Below, one piece after another: positions 50,044-61,198 of a DNA stretch of 64,000 bases (the stretch's first letter is position 1; each line of letters opens with the position of its first letter). The stretch lies in the NCBI GenBank assembly GCA_947380945.1, contig CANCTD010000001.1, positions 849 to 64,848 of the forward strand, given 5' to 3'. This stretch comes from Comamonadaceae bacterium (lineage in GTDB: Bacteria > Pseudomonadota > Gammaproteobacteria > Burkholderiales > Burkholderiaceae_C). The translations under genes and the position numbers were made by a program. The notes below the pieces were generated by a model. That model did no database searches. It saw nothing but the letters and a program-made list of their open reading frames with translations, and was not told where the DNA came from.

Positions 50044-50739
50044 GTGAACCAACAGTACGACACCCTGGAACAGACGTTTGGCTACGCCCTGTCGGGTGCG
50101 GAGCGCAACCGCGTTTTGCGCAATACCTACTGGCTTTTGGCCATCAGCATGGTCCCCACCATTTTGGGTGCATGGATCGGTGTGGAAACCGGGGTTGGCG
50201 CAATTTTTAACGGTATTTTGGGCTTTGTCCTCATGCTGGCCGGCATGTTCGGCTTTATTTACGCCATTGAGCGCACCAAGAATTCGGCCGCAGGCGTCCC
50301 GGTTTTGCTGGGATTCACCTTCTTCATGGGCCTGATCCTGTCGCGCCTGATCGGCCATGTGCTGGGCTTTCGCAATGGCGCCGAGCTGGTAATGACAGCG
50401 TTCGGCGGAACGGCGGGCGTGTTTTTCGTCATGGCCAGTCTGGCCACCGTGATCAAGCGTGATCTGTCTGGAATGGGCAAATGGCTGTTCGTCGGCGTCG
50501 TCGTTTTGCTGGTTGCCAGCGTGATCAACATCTTTTTGGGATCAAGCGCTCTGATGCTGGCCATGTCCGTCATTTCCATGGCGATTTTCAGCGCCTACAT
50601 GCTGTACGACCTGAAACAAATCATTGACGGCGGCGAAACCAACTACATCAGCGCCACCCTGGCCCTGTACCTGGACATCATCAACGTGTTCCAGACTTTG
50701 CTCAGCCTTCTGGGAATTTTCGGCGGTGAACGCGATTAA
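50044..50739 (+). CDS. Bax inhibitor-1/YccA family membrane protein
   Basis: NRVLRNTY, multiple TM segments, GGETNYISATLALYLD; GTG start after GAGGAG. Confidence 0.9.
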   Translation: MNQQYDTLEQTFGYALSGAERNRVLRNTYWLLAISMVPTILGAWIGVETGVGAIFNGILGFVLMLAGMFGFIYAIERTKNSAAGVPVLLGFTFFMGLILSRLIGHVLGFRNGAELVMTAFGGTAGVFFVMASLATVIKRDLSGMGKWLFVGVVVLLVASVINIFLGSSALMLAMSVISMAIFSAYMLYDLKQIIDGGETNYISATLALYLDIINVFQTLLSLLGIFGGERD

Positions 50740-50758
50740 ATCAGCGACCTTGCAGAAG

Positions 50759-50783
50759 AAAAAGGCCCTTCGGGGCCTTTTTT
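50759..50783. terminator. Bidirectional terminator
   Basis: AAAAAGGCCC-TTCGG-GGCCTTTTTT. Confidence 0.85.
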
Positions 50784-50830
50784 GCGGCTCACCGTCGGCG
50801 GTATACATCGCCGGGCCCCATCCATTCCAC

Positions 50831-52276
50831 TTAATCCCGCTCAAACACCGCCATGCTTTCCACGTGCGCCGTGTGCGGGAACATATTCACCACGCCCGCA
50901 GATACACAGCGGTAGCCTGCCTGCTCAACAAGCACACCGGCGTCGCGGGCCAAGGTAGCGGGATTGCAGCTGACGTAGACCAAGCGCTGGGGCGCGCGCC
51001 AGTTCCCACGCAGCTCGGGCGACTGCTCCAGCGCGGCCAGGGCTTGGACCAAGGCGTACGCACCCTCGCGGGGCGGGTCCAGCAACCATTTATGCGCCAC
51101 GCCATCGGCGACCAGTGCCTGCGGCGTCATCTCGAATAAATTGCGCACCACAAAACGGGTGGATGCCAGCGCGGTCGGGCGCTCGGGGCGCTCGGCGTTT
51201 TCCCGGTAATTGTCCTGGGCGCGCTGCACCAGCGAAGCCGCGCCTTCCACTCCCAACACATCGCCCGCGAGCGTGGCCAAGGGCAGCGTGAAATTACCCA
51301 AACCACAAAACCAGTCAATCACCCGCTCCTGCCGGGTCGGAGCCAGCAGCGCCAGCGCGCGTGCGACCAGCGTGCGGTTGATATGCGGGTTCACCTGCGT
51401 GAAATCCGTGGGCCTAAAAGGCATGCGCACGTCAAACTGCGGTAAGGCGTAGGCCAGCGCAGCGGTCGTGTGGTCCAAGGGCTCAGACAGGCGAACAATC
51501 GCCTCCGGCCCCTTGGCCTGCAACCACCACTGAACGCCGGGGTGCTGCAGCGCAAACTCCTGCAAACGTGCCACATCGTCCGGACTGAGTGGCTGCAAAT
51601 GGCGCAAGACCAGTGCTGTGGTGGGACCCGCGCTGCCGTCCGCCGGGGCCTCCCCCACCGCCAACTCAATTTGCGGAATCAGCTGAACCGCGTCGAGTGC
51701 GCCAATCAGCGTGCGCAGCGGCATCAGCATGGCGCTGACGTGGGGTGGCAGTACCGGGCATTGGCCCATGTCCGCTACAAAATGGCTTTTGCGCTCATGA
51801 AAGCCGATCAGCACCGTGCCCTTTTTGCGCACAAAACGCACCGACAAGCGGGCCCGGTAGCGGTAGCCCCAGGCCGGCCCCTCGATCGGGCGCAACACCA
51901 TCCCGGCCTTGACCTTACCGATATGCGCCAGGTTGTCTTCGAGCACACGCTGCTTGACCGCCACTTGCGCGCCGGCATGAAGATGCTGCATCTTGCAGCC
52001 GCCACACGATCCGGTGTGCAGGCCGAAATGCGGGCAGCCGGGCTGCACCCGCTGCGATGATTCCCGGTGGATCTCGGTCACCACGCCTTTGTCAAAGCTG
52101 TTCTTGCTGCGGTGAATCTGGGCGCTGACCACCTCATAGGGCAAGGCCCCATCGATGAACACCACCTTGCCATCCTCCCGGTGCGCAACGCCCTGCGCTT
52201 CCAGGTCCATGGCGAGCACGCGCAACTGCCCAGGCGGCAAAGGCGCGGGCAAGGGTGTGGTGAGAGAAGGATTCAT
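50831..52276 (-). CDS. rlmD: 23S rRNA m5U1939 methyltransferase
   Basis: TRAM domain, [45 protein letters not shown]. Confidence 0.92.
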   Translation of the reverse strand: MNPSLTTPLPAPLPPGQLRVLAMDLEAQGVAHREDGKVVFIDGALPYEVVSAQIHRSKNSFDKGVVTEIHRESSQRVQPGCPHFGLHTGSCGGCKMQHLHAGAQVAVKQRVLEDNLAHIGKVKAGMVLRPIEGPAWGYRYRARLSVRFVRKKGTVLIGFHERKSHFVADMGQCPVLPPHVSAMLMPLRTLIGALDAVQLIPQIELAVGEAPADGSAGPTTALVLRHLQPLSPDDVARLQEFALQHPGVQWWLQAKGPEAIVRLSEPLDHTTAALAYALPQFDVRMPFRPTDFTQVNPHINRTLVARALALLAPTRQERVIDWFCGLGNFTLPLATLAGDVLGVEGAASLVQRAQDNYRENAERPERPTALASTRFVVRNLFEMTPQALVADGVAHKWLLDPPREGAYALVQALAALEQSPELRGNWRAPQRLVYVSCNPATLARDAGVLVEQAGYRCVSAGVVNMFPHTAHVESMAVFERD

Positions 52277-52315
52277 AAATAGATGCGGTACAAGCCCGCC
52301 AAAGCTGCGCCGGCT

Positions 52316-53362
52316 TCAGCGGCTGACAAGGTATTTGAGTGGGTCAACGGGCTTTCCGAGCCGGCGAATTTCAAAATGCAGCTTGACCCGGTCGGCGTCA
52401 GTGCTGCCCATCTCGGCAATCTTCTGGCCTTTTTTGACACTTTGGTCTTCCTTGACCAGTACCGCCTGGTTGTGGGCGTAGGCCGTCAAAAACGTGTTGT
52501 TGTGCTTGATGATGATGAGCTTGCCATAGCCGCGCAAACCCTCGCCCGCATACACCACCTTGCCCTCGGCGGCGGCCAGGACCGGGTCACCGGCACCTCC
52601 GGAGATATCCACGCCTTTGCGGTTTTTGCCTTCGTCAAATCCCGCGATCACCTCACCTTTGGCAGGCCACACAAATTCCACGGACTCATCCGCGGCAGGG
52701 GCTGATGTGCCGGAAACAATGGGTTTGGACGGCGCGGGAGCAGGAAGTGGCGTCGCGTTAGGCAGGGGCGCCGCAGCAGGCACTTCAGGGCCGGGGCTGG
52801 CAGCAGATGCAGACGCTGGCGCAGCAACCGGTGCCGCCTTGGCCTGTGCGGGGCTGGGGGCTGGGGCAACACCGGAGACAGCGCTAGGCAGTGGCGTTGC
52901 ACTCAGACGGGCACTTGTCACCGGTTTGGCCAGTACCGGTTCTTCCGGCGGAACCACCCGGTACACATCGCCTATTTCAATTCTGTTGGGGTTTTCGATG
53001 GCATTCCAGCGTGCGATGTCGCGGTAATTTTGACCGGCATCCAGGCCGATGCGGATCAGCGTATCGCCCTTTTGAACGGTGTAGTAGCCCGGTTTGCCGG
53101 CGTTTTCCACGCCAACCGGCGCGCGGCGCACCACCGTTTCAGCAGACGCCTTTTCGGGTGCGGCATCCTCACTAGGTGCCGAAACCGACGCAGAAGCGCC
53201 CTCGGCGCTGGCTGCCGGTGCGGCAGCTTTGGGTTTGGGCTTGCTCCAGTCCACCACCGGTGCGCGGCGCTGGTGACCCCAGCCGCAGGCAACCAAAGTC
53301 ATTGCCAGCGCCACCGCCGTCCACGCTCCGATTCTCAGACGCACCATGCACAAGCCTTTCAA
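52316..53362 (-). CDS. nlpD: LysM + M23 peptidase-family lipoprotein NlpD
   Basis: Lipobox LVAC, YTVQKGDTL LysM, M23 domain AYAHN / KLHFEIR; surE-pcm-nlpD synteny. Confidence 0.9.
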   Translation of the reverse strand: MKGLCMVRLRIGAWTAVALAMTLVACGWGHQRRAPVVDWSKPKPKAAAPAASAEGASASVSAPSEDAAPEKASAETVVRRAPVGVENAGKPGYYTVQKGDTLIRIGLDAGQNYRDIARWNAIENPNRIEIGDVYRVVPPEEPVLAKPVTSARLSATPLPSAVSGVAPAPSPAQAKAAPVAAPASASAASPGPEVPAAAPLPNATPLPAPAPSKPIVSGTSAPAADESVEFVWPAKGEVIAGFDEGKNRKGVDISGGAGDPVLAAAEGKVVYAGEGLRGYGKLIIIKHNNTFLTAYAHNQAVLVKEDQSVKKGQKIAEMGSTDADRVKLHFEIRRLGKPVDPLKYLVSR

Positions 53363-54105
53363 GCAGAGCCGGATTTTAGGGGGACAAAATGCACCGCTTC
53401 CAGCACCGTCTGGCGCAGGCCCTGGGGCGTTTTGTCAACCACCATCAGCACCTGCTCCCCGGCGGCGTTACCCGCCACCGGCGCAACCAGGCGACCACCC
53501 GGCGCCAGCTGCTCCAGCCAGGCCGGCGGTATCGCCTCTCCCCCTGCCGCAGCAATGATGCCGGCATAGGGCGCACCCTGCGGGAAACCGAGCATGCCGT
53601 CGCCAAACAGCAAATGCACATTGGGCAAAAACAGCGCGCGCAAATTGGCCCGCGCCTTGTCGTGCAAGCCGCGCAGGCGCTCTATCGAATAGACCTCGCT
53701 GGCCAACTGGCTCAGGACCGCCGCCTGGTAACCGCAGCCTGTGCCGATTTCCAGCACGCGGCCCAGTTTGGCGCTGCCGCCGTTGCGCAGCAACTCAGCC
53801 ATGCGCGCCACCACGCTGGGTTTGGAGATGGTTTGCCCCAGGCCTATGGGCAAACTGGTGTCCTCGTAGGCCTGGTTGGCCAGTGCGCTGTCCACAAACC
53901 GGTGGCGCTCAACAAAGGCCATGGCCTGCAGCACGGCTGCGTCGCGCACGCCCAATGTCGCCAGCTTGTCCACCATGCGCTGGCGCACGGCGCCGGAATC
54001 CAAGCCGATTCCCTGGGGTGTTTCAATCGGTGGCGGGGCCGGCCGGGCCTTGGGCTGCGCGCCCAGGCCCTGGACCCGCGCGGGGAAGGATGGGCGCTCC
54101 TTCAT
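53359..54105 (-). CDS. pcm: Protein-L-isoaspartate O-methyltransferase
   Basis: QAYEDTSLPIGLGQTISKP, VLEIGTGCGYQAA, FVPL. Confidence 0.95.
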   Translation of the reverse strand: MKERPSFPARVQGLGAQPKARPAPPPIETPQGIGLDSGAVRQRMVDKLATLGVRDAAVLQAMAFVERHRFVDSALANQAYEDTSLPIGLGQTISKPSVVARMAELLRNGGSAKLGRVLEIGTGCGYQAAVLSQLASEVYSIERLRGLHDKARANLRALFLPNVHLLFGDGMLGFPQGAPYAGIIAAAGGEAIPPAWLEQLAPGGRLVAPVAGNAAGEQVLMVVDKTPQGLRQTVLEAVHFVPLKSGSA

Positions 54106-54120
54106 CGAACCGCCGCAGCC

Positions 54121-54885
54121 TCAGACCTGCTGCACGGACCAGACCGGTTTGTCGGCCCACACCTGCAAAGCGGAATGGTCGGTCAAATCCACTTTGAGCG
54201 GCGTGATCGCCACATGGCCCATGGCGGTTGCGTGGAAATCGGTGCCGTCGGCGTCGTCCTTGGCCGGACCTGCCGCGCCGATCCAGTACATGGTTTGGCC
54301 CCGCGGGCTGTGCTGGGTGATGACCGGCTCCGCAGCGTGGCGCTTGCCCAGGCGGCACAAGCGGGTGCTGCCAATGCGGTCAAAAGGCAAGTTGGGGATA
54401 TTCACATTGAGCAACCAGGGCGCGCCGCCGATTTGCCCGTGGTGCATCAGGCCCTGGACGATTTCCCGGGCCTTGCGGGCAGCGGATTCAAGCTCATGCC
54501 AATCTTTGTCGACCTGCGAAAACGCGATAGCCGGAATATCGAACAAATAGCCTTCCATTGCCGCACCCACGGTGCCGGAATAAATGGTGTCGTCGCCCAT
54601 GTTGGCGCCGTTGTTGATGCCTGAGACCACCAGATCCGGCCGGTAATCCAGCAGCCCGGACAGGGCAATGTGCACGCAATCGGCCGGGGTGCCGTTGACG
54701 TAGCGGAACCCGTTGCTGCCGCGCTGCACATACAGGGGCGCGGTCAGGGTCAGGGCGTTGGATTTGGCACTGTTGTTGTGTTCCGGGGCGATGACCTCGA
54801 CCGTCGCAATATCTTTGAGCGCCTCGTACAGCGCCACGATGCCAGGTGCGGTATAGCCGTCGTCGTTGGAAATCAGAATGTGCAT
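54121..54885 (-). CDS. surE: 5'/3'-nucleotidase SurE
   Basis: [33 protein letters not shown]. Confidence 0.96.
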   Translation of the reverse strand: MHILISNDDGYTAPGIVALYEALKDIATVEVIAPEHNNSAKSNALTLTAPLYVQRGSNGFRYVNGTPADCVHIALSGLLDYRPDLVVSGINNGANMGDDTIYSGTVGAAMEGYLFDIPAIAFSQVDKDWHELESAARKAREIVQGLMHHGQIGGAPWLLNVNIPNLPFDRIGSTRLCRLGKRHAAEPVITQHSPRGQTMYWIGAAGPAKDDADGTDFHATAMGHVAITPLKVDLTDHSALQVWADKPVWSVQQV

Positions 54886-54906
54886 GTGCCTGCCCGCAAG
54901 GACGGC

Positions 54907-55077
54907 TTAGCCGCCCTTTTTGGAGCGCTTGCCGGGATTCTTTTTGCTGCGCGTGGCCACACCACGCTCTAGGCTGACGCGCTGACCGCGACCGGCGGTG
55001 GGGATGGACATGCCGGGCAGCGGTTTGGGAGCGGGAGTGGCGCGGCGGTCGGCCTCGGTGACGATCTTGTTGCCCAT
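54907..55077 (-). CDS. 56-aa basic small protein (absent from the ORF track)
   Basis: MGNKIVTEADRRATPAPKPLPGMSIPTAGRGQRVSLERGVATRSKKNPGKRSKKGG; AGGA SD; GC3-rich codons; fills the gap between the SDR gene and surE. Confidence 0.7.
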   Translation of the reverse strand: MGNKIVTEADRRATPAPKPLPGMSIPTAGRGQRVSLERGVATRSKKNPGKRSKKGG

Positions 55078-55150
55078 GGCGGAAATTCCTGAAAGGTTGA
55101 AAACGAAGGCGCGTATTTGAACACTGTTTTCGCGGCGGCTCCTTGGCCGC

Positions 55151-55942
55151 CTATCCGCAACCTACGACGCTGGCGCCGCCGTCCACGGCCAGCCATTGGC
55201 CGGTGATGTGTTTTCCCGCGTCGGACGCGAATAACACGCACAGGCCCTTGAGGTCCTCATCATCCCCCAGGCGTTGCAGCGGCGCGGACGCCGCCAAGCG
55301 CTCCTCGCCGATGGAGGCCAGCAGGCCGGCGCTCATCTTGCTGGGGAAAAAGCCCGGACAAATCGCGTTCACCGTGATGTTGTATTTGCCCCATTCCGCC
55401 CCCAGCGTGCGGGTGAAATTGATCACCGCACCCTTGGATGTGTTGTAGGCAATCGTGTTCATGGACGGTGTGTTGCCATTCAGGCCGGCGATGGACGCCA
55501 CGTTGATGATGCGCCCGCTGCGCCGGGCAATCATGGAATTTTTGGCAATGCTTTGGCTGAGCAAAAAATAACCGCGCACATTCAGGTTCATCACCTTGTC
55601 CCAGGCCTCCACCGGATGATCCTCGGCGGGTGCGCCCCAGGACGCACCGGCGTTGTTGACCAGAATATCCACCTGCCCGAGCTGCGCAATCGTCTCGTCA
55701 GCCAGCCGCTTGATCTCCGAATCTTGCGCGCAATCGGCCGCGATCCAGCGGGCATCGATTCCGGCAGCCTGCAAATCGGCCGCTGCTTGCGCCAGGTCTT
55801 GCGCCTTGCGCGAACTCAGCATCAGCGTGGCCCCGGCCTCGCCCAGCGCGCGTGCCATTTGCAATCCCAGGCCGCGCGATCCACCGGTGACCAGGGCGGT
55901 CTTGCCGCGCAAGTCAAATAATTGCTGAATGGTTTTGCTCAT
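55151..55942 (-). CDS. SDR family oxidoreductase (gluconate 5-dehydrogenase-like)
   Basis: TGGSRGLG, NNAG, YNTSK catalytic motif. Confidence 0.9.
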   Translation of the reverse strand: MSKTIQQLFDLRGKTALVTGGSRGLGLQMARALGEAGATLMLSSRKAQDLAQAAADLQAAGIDARWIAADCAQDSEIKRLADETIAQLGQVDILVNNAGASWGAPAEDHPVEAWDKVMNLNVRGYFLLSQSIAKNSMIARRSGRIINVASIAGLNGNTPSMNTIAYNTSKGAVINFTRTLGAEWGKYNITVNAICPGFFPSKMSAGLLASIGEERLAASAPLQRLGDDEDLKGLCVLFASDAGKHITGQWLAVDGGASVVGCG

Positions 55943-55999
55943 GGGGCGGTCCTCGTCAATCAAACAGCAGGCATGGCAGCCCGCACGGCGGGTACAAAG

Positions 56000-56221
56000 C
56001 TATTCTTCCATGCGGCTGCGCACATAAATCAGCACGCAGCCCAGCACCACCAAGGGCAGCCCCAGCCAGAAAGCCCAGTCAGCCAGGACCGCGTCCATGG
56101 CTTGAACAAAATGCGACAAGGTCAGCAGCAGCAAGCCGCCATAAATGCAGATCCACACCCAGCGCTGAATGCGCTTGAAACGCGGGTTATCGACTTTGTA
56201 ATGGGATTTGATCAGGGACAT
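56000..56221 (-). CDS. Small two-TM membrane protein
   Basis: WVWICIYGGLLLL..LVVLGCVLIYVRSRM. Confidence 0.7.
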   Translation of the reverse strand: MSLIKSHYKVDNPRFKRIQRWVWICIYGGLLLLTLSHFVQAMDAVLADWAFWLGLPLVVLGCVLIYVRSRMEE

Positions 56222-56301
56222 GGGGCGCTTTCGCTTTCTGGTGAGGCAAGGGGGACCTTGGCCAGCGCTCCATCATAGGCGCGGGAGCTACCCGAGCGGC
56301 T

Positions 56302-56853
56302 TCATACGTAGGTGAGATTCACCATGATGGTGGGTACTGTGGCGTCCATGTCGCCAGACCCGCCGGCGCCGGGAACCGTGCGGTACTGCAGGTAGAGGTC
56401 GGCATGAGCGGCTTCATTGGTTGCTGCTGCGGCGCTTGGCGTAAGCGAAACAGCATTGGGATTGGATGCGTCCAGGTGGTACGCCGCCGACCCTGTGCCC
56501 AACTCAATAACCAGGTTTTTCACCCCGGTCGCAATGTAACCACCGACCGCCTGTCGCGAGCTGATCGACACGCTAGGCACGGCATACGAACTCGCCGTAC
56601 AACCGGTCATACCGATCGTGAATGCTGTCTTAGCAAAGGTGTTTTCACCGGTGGCGGCCGGAACTGAGAGCGCATCCGGCAGCGTAATCGTTCCGGCGTG
56701 AGAGGAGGCAGCGGCCCCGGATACAGCGAGCGCGCAGGTAGGGTTGATAACCATGCCCGTAAAGCCAATAAATGCACTCTGCGCCATCGCACCCGTGCAC
56801 ACCACTGCCAGCGCAAAAGCCGTCCAACGGCTTTTCACTTCCAACGTATTCAT
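56302..56853 (-). CDS. Chaperone-usher type fimbrial (FimA-like) subunit
   Basis: Signal peptide, IGFTGMVINPTC, second Cys in FTIGMTGC, penultimate Tyr (VNLTYV); AAGGA SD. Confidence 0.78.
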   Translation of the reverse strand: MNTLEVKSRWTAFALAVVCTGAMAQSAFIGFTGMVINPTCALAVSGAAASSHAGTITLPDALSVPAATGENTFAKTAFTIGMTGCTASSYAVPSVSISSRQAVGGYIATGVKNLVIELGTGSAAYHLDASNPNAVSLTPSAAAATNEAAHADLYLQYRTVPGAGGSGDMDATVPTIMVNLTYV

Positions 56854-56883
56854 ATTTTTTTCCTTGGTGACCCAAGGTCGTCA

Positions 56884-56899
56884 TGCAAGCAATATGCCA
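56884..56899 (-). promoter_or_regulatory. Putative sigma-54 (-24/-12) promoter of the fimbrial gene
   Basis: TGGCATATTGCTTGCA fits the TGGCAC-N5-TTGCW spacing, ending 30 nt before the ATG. Confidence 0.6.
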
Positions 56900-57095
56900 A
56901 AGCGAAAGCAGAAATGCACGCCGGCATCCCCCTGCTTTGGGCATGGGGCGGTTTACGCAGGCATCAGGGCCCGGCGAACGGCGCTACCTTCGCACCAAAA
57001 GCAGTCGGTTTTCTGACACTTTCCAGCCGCAGCTGGCAGGAAAGTGGCACCCGCCAAGGCTACGGCGCATGCAAGGCCGTGGGGCGACCAAGCAC

Positions 57096-58271
57096 TCAAA
57101 GAACCTCAAACACCCCCGCCGCGCCCATGCCACCGCCTATGCACATGGTCACGCACACCCGCTTGGCGCCACGGCGTTTGCCTTCGATCAGCGCATGACC
57201 GGTCAGGCGCTGGCCACTCGCGCCATAGGGATGACCAACCGCAATGGCACCCCCATTGACATTGAGCGCCTCGGGTGGAATGCCCAGTTTGTCGCGGCAG
57301 TACAGCACCTGCACCGCAAAGGCTTCGTTGAGTTCCCACAGATCGATATCGCTGACCTTCAGACCCAAACGCGCCAGCACTTTGGGCACGGCGAACACCG
57401 GGCCTATGCCCATCTCATCGGGCTCGCAACCCGCCACCGCAAAACCCAAGAAGCGCCCCAGCGGCTGCAGACCGCGTTGCGCCACCAGGCGCTCGTGCAT
57501 CAGCACCACCGCACCGGCTCCGTCAGAGAATTGGCTGGCGTTTCCTGCGGACACCAGACCGCCGGGTAGCGCGGAGCGCAGACCGTGTATGCCCTCAAAG
57601 GTGGTGCCCGCGCGTATGCCTTCGTCGTCCCGCACGGTCACTTCGCGGGTGACCATGCCGGTTTGCTGGTCGGCCACGCCCATGGTGACGGTAATCGGCG
57701 CGATCTCGTCGGTGAACCTTCCGGCCTGCAGCGCGGCGCTGGCTCTTTGCTGGCTTTGGGCACCGTACACATCCATCGCTTCCCGGCTGATCTGGTAGCG
57801 GCTGGCCACCTTCTCGGCGGTTTGCAGCATGTTCCAGTACAGCTCAGGTTTGTGCTGCACCAGCCAGGGGTCGGTCGCCATGTGCTGGTTGGCCTCCTGC
57901 TGCACGCAGGAGATGGACTCCACGCCACCCGCCACATACACATCGCCCTCGTTGGCCACCAGGCGCTGCGCGGCTAGCGCAATGGTTTGCAAGCCCGAGG
58001 AACAAAAGCGGTTCACCGTCAGGCCAGACACCGTCACCGGACAACCGGCGCGCAGCGCCGCCTGGCGGGCGATGTTGGAGCCGGTTGCGCCTTCGGGAAA
58101 GGCGCATCCCATCAGCACGTCCTCCACCTCGGCGGCTTCAATGCCCGAGCGCTGGATGGCGTGGGCGATCGCGTGCCCGGCCAGTGTCGCGCCGTGGGTC
58201 ATGTTGAACGCGCCCTTCCAGCTTTTGGTCAGCGGCGTGCGGGCGGTGGAAACAATCAGGGCGGCAGTCAT
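57096..58271 (-). CDS. Acetyl-CoA C-acyltransferase (thiolase)
   Basis: [38 protein letters not shown]. Confidence 0.93.
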   Translation of the reverse strand: MTAALIVSTARTPLTKSWKGAFNMTHGATLAGHAIAHAIQRSGIEAAEVEDVLMGCAFPEGATGSNIARQAALRAGCPVTVSGLTVNRFCSSGLQTIALAAQRLVANEGDVYVAGGVESISCVQQEANQHMATDPWLVQHKPELYWNMLQTAEKVASRYQISREAMDVYGAQSQQRASAALQAGRFTDEIAPITVTMGVADQQTGMVTREVTVRDDEGIRAGTTFEGIHGLRSALPGGLVSAGNASQFSDGAGAVVLMHERLVAQRGLQPLGRFLGFAVAGCEPDEMGIGPVFAVPKVLARLGLKVSDIDLWELNEAFAVQVLYCRDKLGIPPEALNVNGGAIAVGHPYGASGQRLTGHALIEGKRRGAKRVCVTMCIGGGMGAAGVFEVL

Positions 58272-58281
58272 GGGGAAATCC

Positions 58282-60381
58282 TCAAGTAAACGTTCTTCCA
58301 GCAGCCGCCAGGCTGGCCAGCAGGGGCGCGGCTTGCCAAAAGCCCGGGTCGGCATGCGGGTTGGCGGCGAAGCGCCGCATGGTTTGCGCCACCGTGAACA
58401 AGCCCAGCTCGTCCGCGTAGCGCATAGGCCCGCCCCGAAAGGCGGGAAAGCCATAACCGTACAGGTACACGATATCAATGTCACCCGCAAGCAGCGCAAT
58501 GCCCTCTTCCAGGATATGCGCAGCCTCATTGACCAGGGCGAACACCAGGCGCTGCACGATCTCGGGCGCGCCGATGGTGCGCGGGGTGATGCCCAGCGCG
58601 CTGCGGCAGGCTGCAATGGCGGCGGCCACGTCCGCACTCGGCAGGGCATCGCGCTTACCCGCCACGTAGTCGTACCAGCCTGCGCCACTCTTTTGGCCGA
58701 AGCGGCCCAGTTCGCAGACCGCGTCCGCCGTGGGGCTGTAGCGCATGCCGGGGTTCTCGATGGCGCGGCGCTTGCGGATGGCCCAGCCGATGTCGTTGCC
58801 CGCCAGATCGCTCATGCGGAACGGCCCCATGGCCATGCCAAAGGCTTCCATGGCCTTGTCCACTTGCTGCGGGCTGCAGCCCTCGTCCAGCAAAAAGCCG
58901 GCCTGGCGCAGGTACTGTTCAACCATGCGGTTGCCGATAAAGCCGTCGCACACGCCAGACACCACCGCCGTTTTGCGGATCTTCTTGGCCAGCGCCATCA
59001 CGGTTGCCAGCACATCGGGTGCGGTCTTGTCGCCGCGCACCACTTCGAGCAACTTCATCACATTCGCCGGGCTGAAGAAGTGCAAGCCAACCACGTCCTG
59101 CGGGCGCTGCGTGCAGGCGGCAATCAGGTTCAGATCCAGCGTGGACGTGTTGGACGCCAGGATCGCACCGGGCTTCATCACCCGGTCCAAGGCTTGGAAC
59201 ACCGCCGCCTTGACGCCCATGTCCTCGAATACCGCTTCAATCACCAGATCGGCCTGCGCCAGTTCTTCGTAGCGCAGCGTGGTGCGCAACAAGGCCATGC
59301 GCTGCTCCAGGGTCGCGGGCTTGAGCTTGCCCTTGCTGACCTGCGCCGCGTAATTGCGGCGCATGGTGGCCACGCCGCGCTCCAGCGCCTCGGGCTGCAA
59401 CTCCAGCAGCTGCACCGGGATACCGGCGTTCAAAAAATTCATGGCGATACCACTGCCCATGGTGCCCGCGCCGATGATGGCCACCGATGCAACCGGACGC
59501 AGCGCCGTGCCAGGCGGCACATCCGGAATCTTGGACGCCGCACGCTCGGCCGTAAAAAGGTGGCGCAACGCCCGGCTTTGCGGCGTGGCCATGAGGCGCT
59601 CAAAAATGGTCCGCTCAGTGGCCAACCCCGTATCGAATGCCTGCCGCGTGGCAGCCTGCACCGCGTCCACACACTGCAGCGGCGCGGGCAGGTTCCTGGA
59701 AGACGGGCCAAGCATATTGCGCACAAACTGGAAGTACGCATCGCCCTGCGGATGGCTGCAAGGCAGCACACGCACAAGCGGCAAGGGGCGTACGGCCACC
59801 ACCGAACGGGCAAATTCAACGGCCTCGTCCAGCAGCGAATCCGCGCTCGCGCTCATGCGCTGGAACAGGCTTTGGCCGGGAATGGCTGCCAGCCGCTCGC
59901 TGGCCACGGCCTGGCCGCTGACGATCATGTTCAGCGCAGCCTCCACCCCGACCACGCGCGGCAGGCGCTGGGTGCCCCCGGCGCCGGGCAGCAGCCCCAG
60001 CTTGACCTCGGGCATCGCCACCTGGGTACCCGGCGCGGCCACGCGGTAGTGGCAGGCCAGCGCCAGCTCCAAGCCGCCGCCCATCACCGTGCTGTGAATC
60101 GCCGCCACCACCGGCTTGGTGGACTGCTCCAGCGCAGCAATCAGCGTGTGCAAATTCGGCTCCTGAAAAGCCATTGGCGTGCCGAACTCACGGATGTCCG
60201 CCCCGCCGCAAAAGGCCTTGCCTGCACCCGTAATCACAATGGCCTGCACGGCCGCGTCAGCCAGCGCTTGCGCCAAGGCTTCCATGGCGGCCACGCGGGT
60301 CGCGTAGCCCAGGCCGTTGACAGGCGGGTTGTTCAGGGTGATCAGGGCCACGTCGCCGTGGAGCTGGTAATCGGCTTGCAT
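58282..60381 (-). CDS. Enoyl-CoA hydratase / 3-hydroxyacyl-CoA dehydrogenase (FadB/FadJ-like)
   Basis: [26 protein letters not shown]; GAGTMG, SNTS, HFFSPA, GFIGNR. Confidence 0.93.
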   Translation of the reverse strand: MQADYQLHGDVALITLNNPPVNGLGYATRVAAMEALAQALADAAVQAIVITGAGKAFCGGADIREFGTPMAFQEPNLHTLIAALEQSTKPVVAAIHSTVMGGGLELALACHYRVAAPGTQVAMPEVKLGLLPGAGGTQRLPRVVGVEAALNMIVSGQAVASERLAAIPGQSLFQRMSASADSLLDEAVEFARSVVAVRPLPLVRVLPCSHPQGDAYFQFVRNMLGPSSRNLPAPLQCVDAVQAATRQAFDTGLATERTIFERLMATPQSRALRHLFTAERAASKIPDVPPGTALRPVASVAIIGAGTMGSGIAMNFLNAGIPVQLLELQPEALERGVATMRRNYAAQVSKGKLKPATLEQRMALLRTTLRYEELAQADLVIEAVFEDMGVKAAVFQALDRVMKPGAILASNTSTLDLNLIAACTQRPQDVVGLHFFSPANVMKLLEVVRGDKTAPDVLATVMALAKKIRKTAVVSGVCDGFIGNRMVEQYLRQAGFLLDEGCSPQQVDKAMEAFGMAMGPFRMSDLAGNDIGWAIRKRRAIENPGMRYSPTADAVCELGRFGQKSGAGWYDYVAGKRDALPSADVAAAIAACRSALGITPRTIGAPEIVQRLVFALVNEAAHILEEGIALLAGDIDIVYLYGYGFPAFRGGPMRYADELGLFTVAQTMRRFAANPHADPGFWQAAPLLASLAAAGRTFT

Positions 60382-60482
60382 GGGGGAATCCTCAGGGGAA
60401 CACAAAAGCGGTCATTGTCGGGGCATATCAGCGCGGCACAGACCCGCGGGCAGGCGCATCCGGGCGTCGGTGCGTCGCCTAC

Positions 60483-61196
60483 TCACAGCTCCAGCCATTC
60501 CCTGCGCACCCCGGCATCTGCCAGCAGCGCCGCAGGCGCTCCGTCAAACACCACCCGCCCATGGCCCATGACCAGGCAGCGGTCGGCGATGCGCAGCGCT
60601 ATCGCGAGTTTTTGCTCAATCAGCAGCACGGACACACCGCGCGTGCGCAGCAGCAGTAAAAAATCGCCGACCTGCTCCACCAACTGCGGGGCCAGCCCCT
60701 CTGTGGGTTCGTCAACGATCAGCAGGTCCGGGTCGCCCATCCATGCGCGGCCCAGCGCCAGCATCTGCTGTTCACCACCGGACAGCACGCCCGCAGGCGT
60801 ATCGCGGCGCAGGGCCAGTTGCGGGAACAGGCGGTACACATCGGCATCGGTCCAACGCGCGTGCCGCTGGCCGGGTTTGACGCCCAGCGCCAGGTTGTGC
60901 TGCACGCTCAGGCCCGCAAACACATCGCGGCTCTCGGGCACATAGCCCAGGCCGGCGCGGGCCCGTGCGTGCACAGGTTGGTCTCGCAAATCCTGCCCGT
61001 GTAATCGGACGCTGCCCGTGCAGCGCACCCAGCCCATGATGGCGCGCGCCAGGGTGGAGCGGCCCGAACCGTTGCGGCCCAAGAGCGCGACGATCTCGCC
61101 TGCACCCACATGGAAGTCCACACCGTGCAGCACCTGGCTTTGGCCGTAGCCGGCGCGCAAGCCGCCAAGCTCCAACACAGGCTTGTGGGCGACCAT
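60483..61196 (-). CDS. Branched-chain-type ABC transporter ATP-binding protein (LivF-like)
   Basis: GRNGSGRST, GYVPESR, LSGGEQQML, DEPTEGLAP. Confidence 0.9.
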   Translation of the reverse strand: MVAHKPVLELGGLRAGYGQSQVLHGVDFHVGAGEIVALLGRNGSGRSTLARAIMGWVRCTGSVRLHGQDLRDQPVHARARAGLGYVPESRDVFAGLSVQHNLALGVKPGQRHARWTDADVYRLFPQLALRRDTPAGVLSGGEQQMLALGRAWMGDPDLLIVDEPTEGLAPQLVEQVGDFLLLLRTRGVSVLLIEQKLAIALRIADRCLVMGHGRVVFDGAPAALLADAGVRREWLEL

Positions 61197-61198
61197 AG

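Noticed and set aside
52690-52930. Ala/Pro-rich low-complexity stretch in nlpD
   Set aside because: Ordinary flexible linker between the LysM and M23 domains; no DNA-level repeat array.
57829-60945. 1038-aa plus-strand ORF
   Set aside because: Antisense shadow of the thiolase, FadB-like and LivF-like genes; no recognisable motifs; typical of high-GC codon bias.
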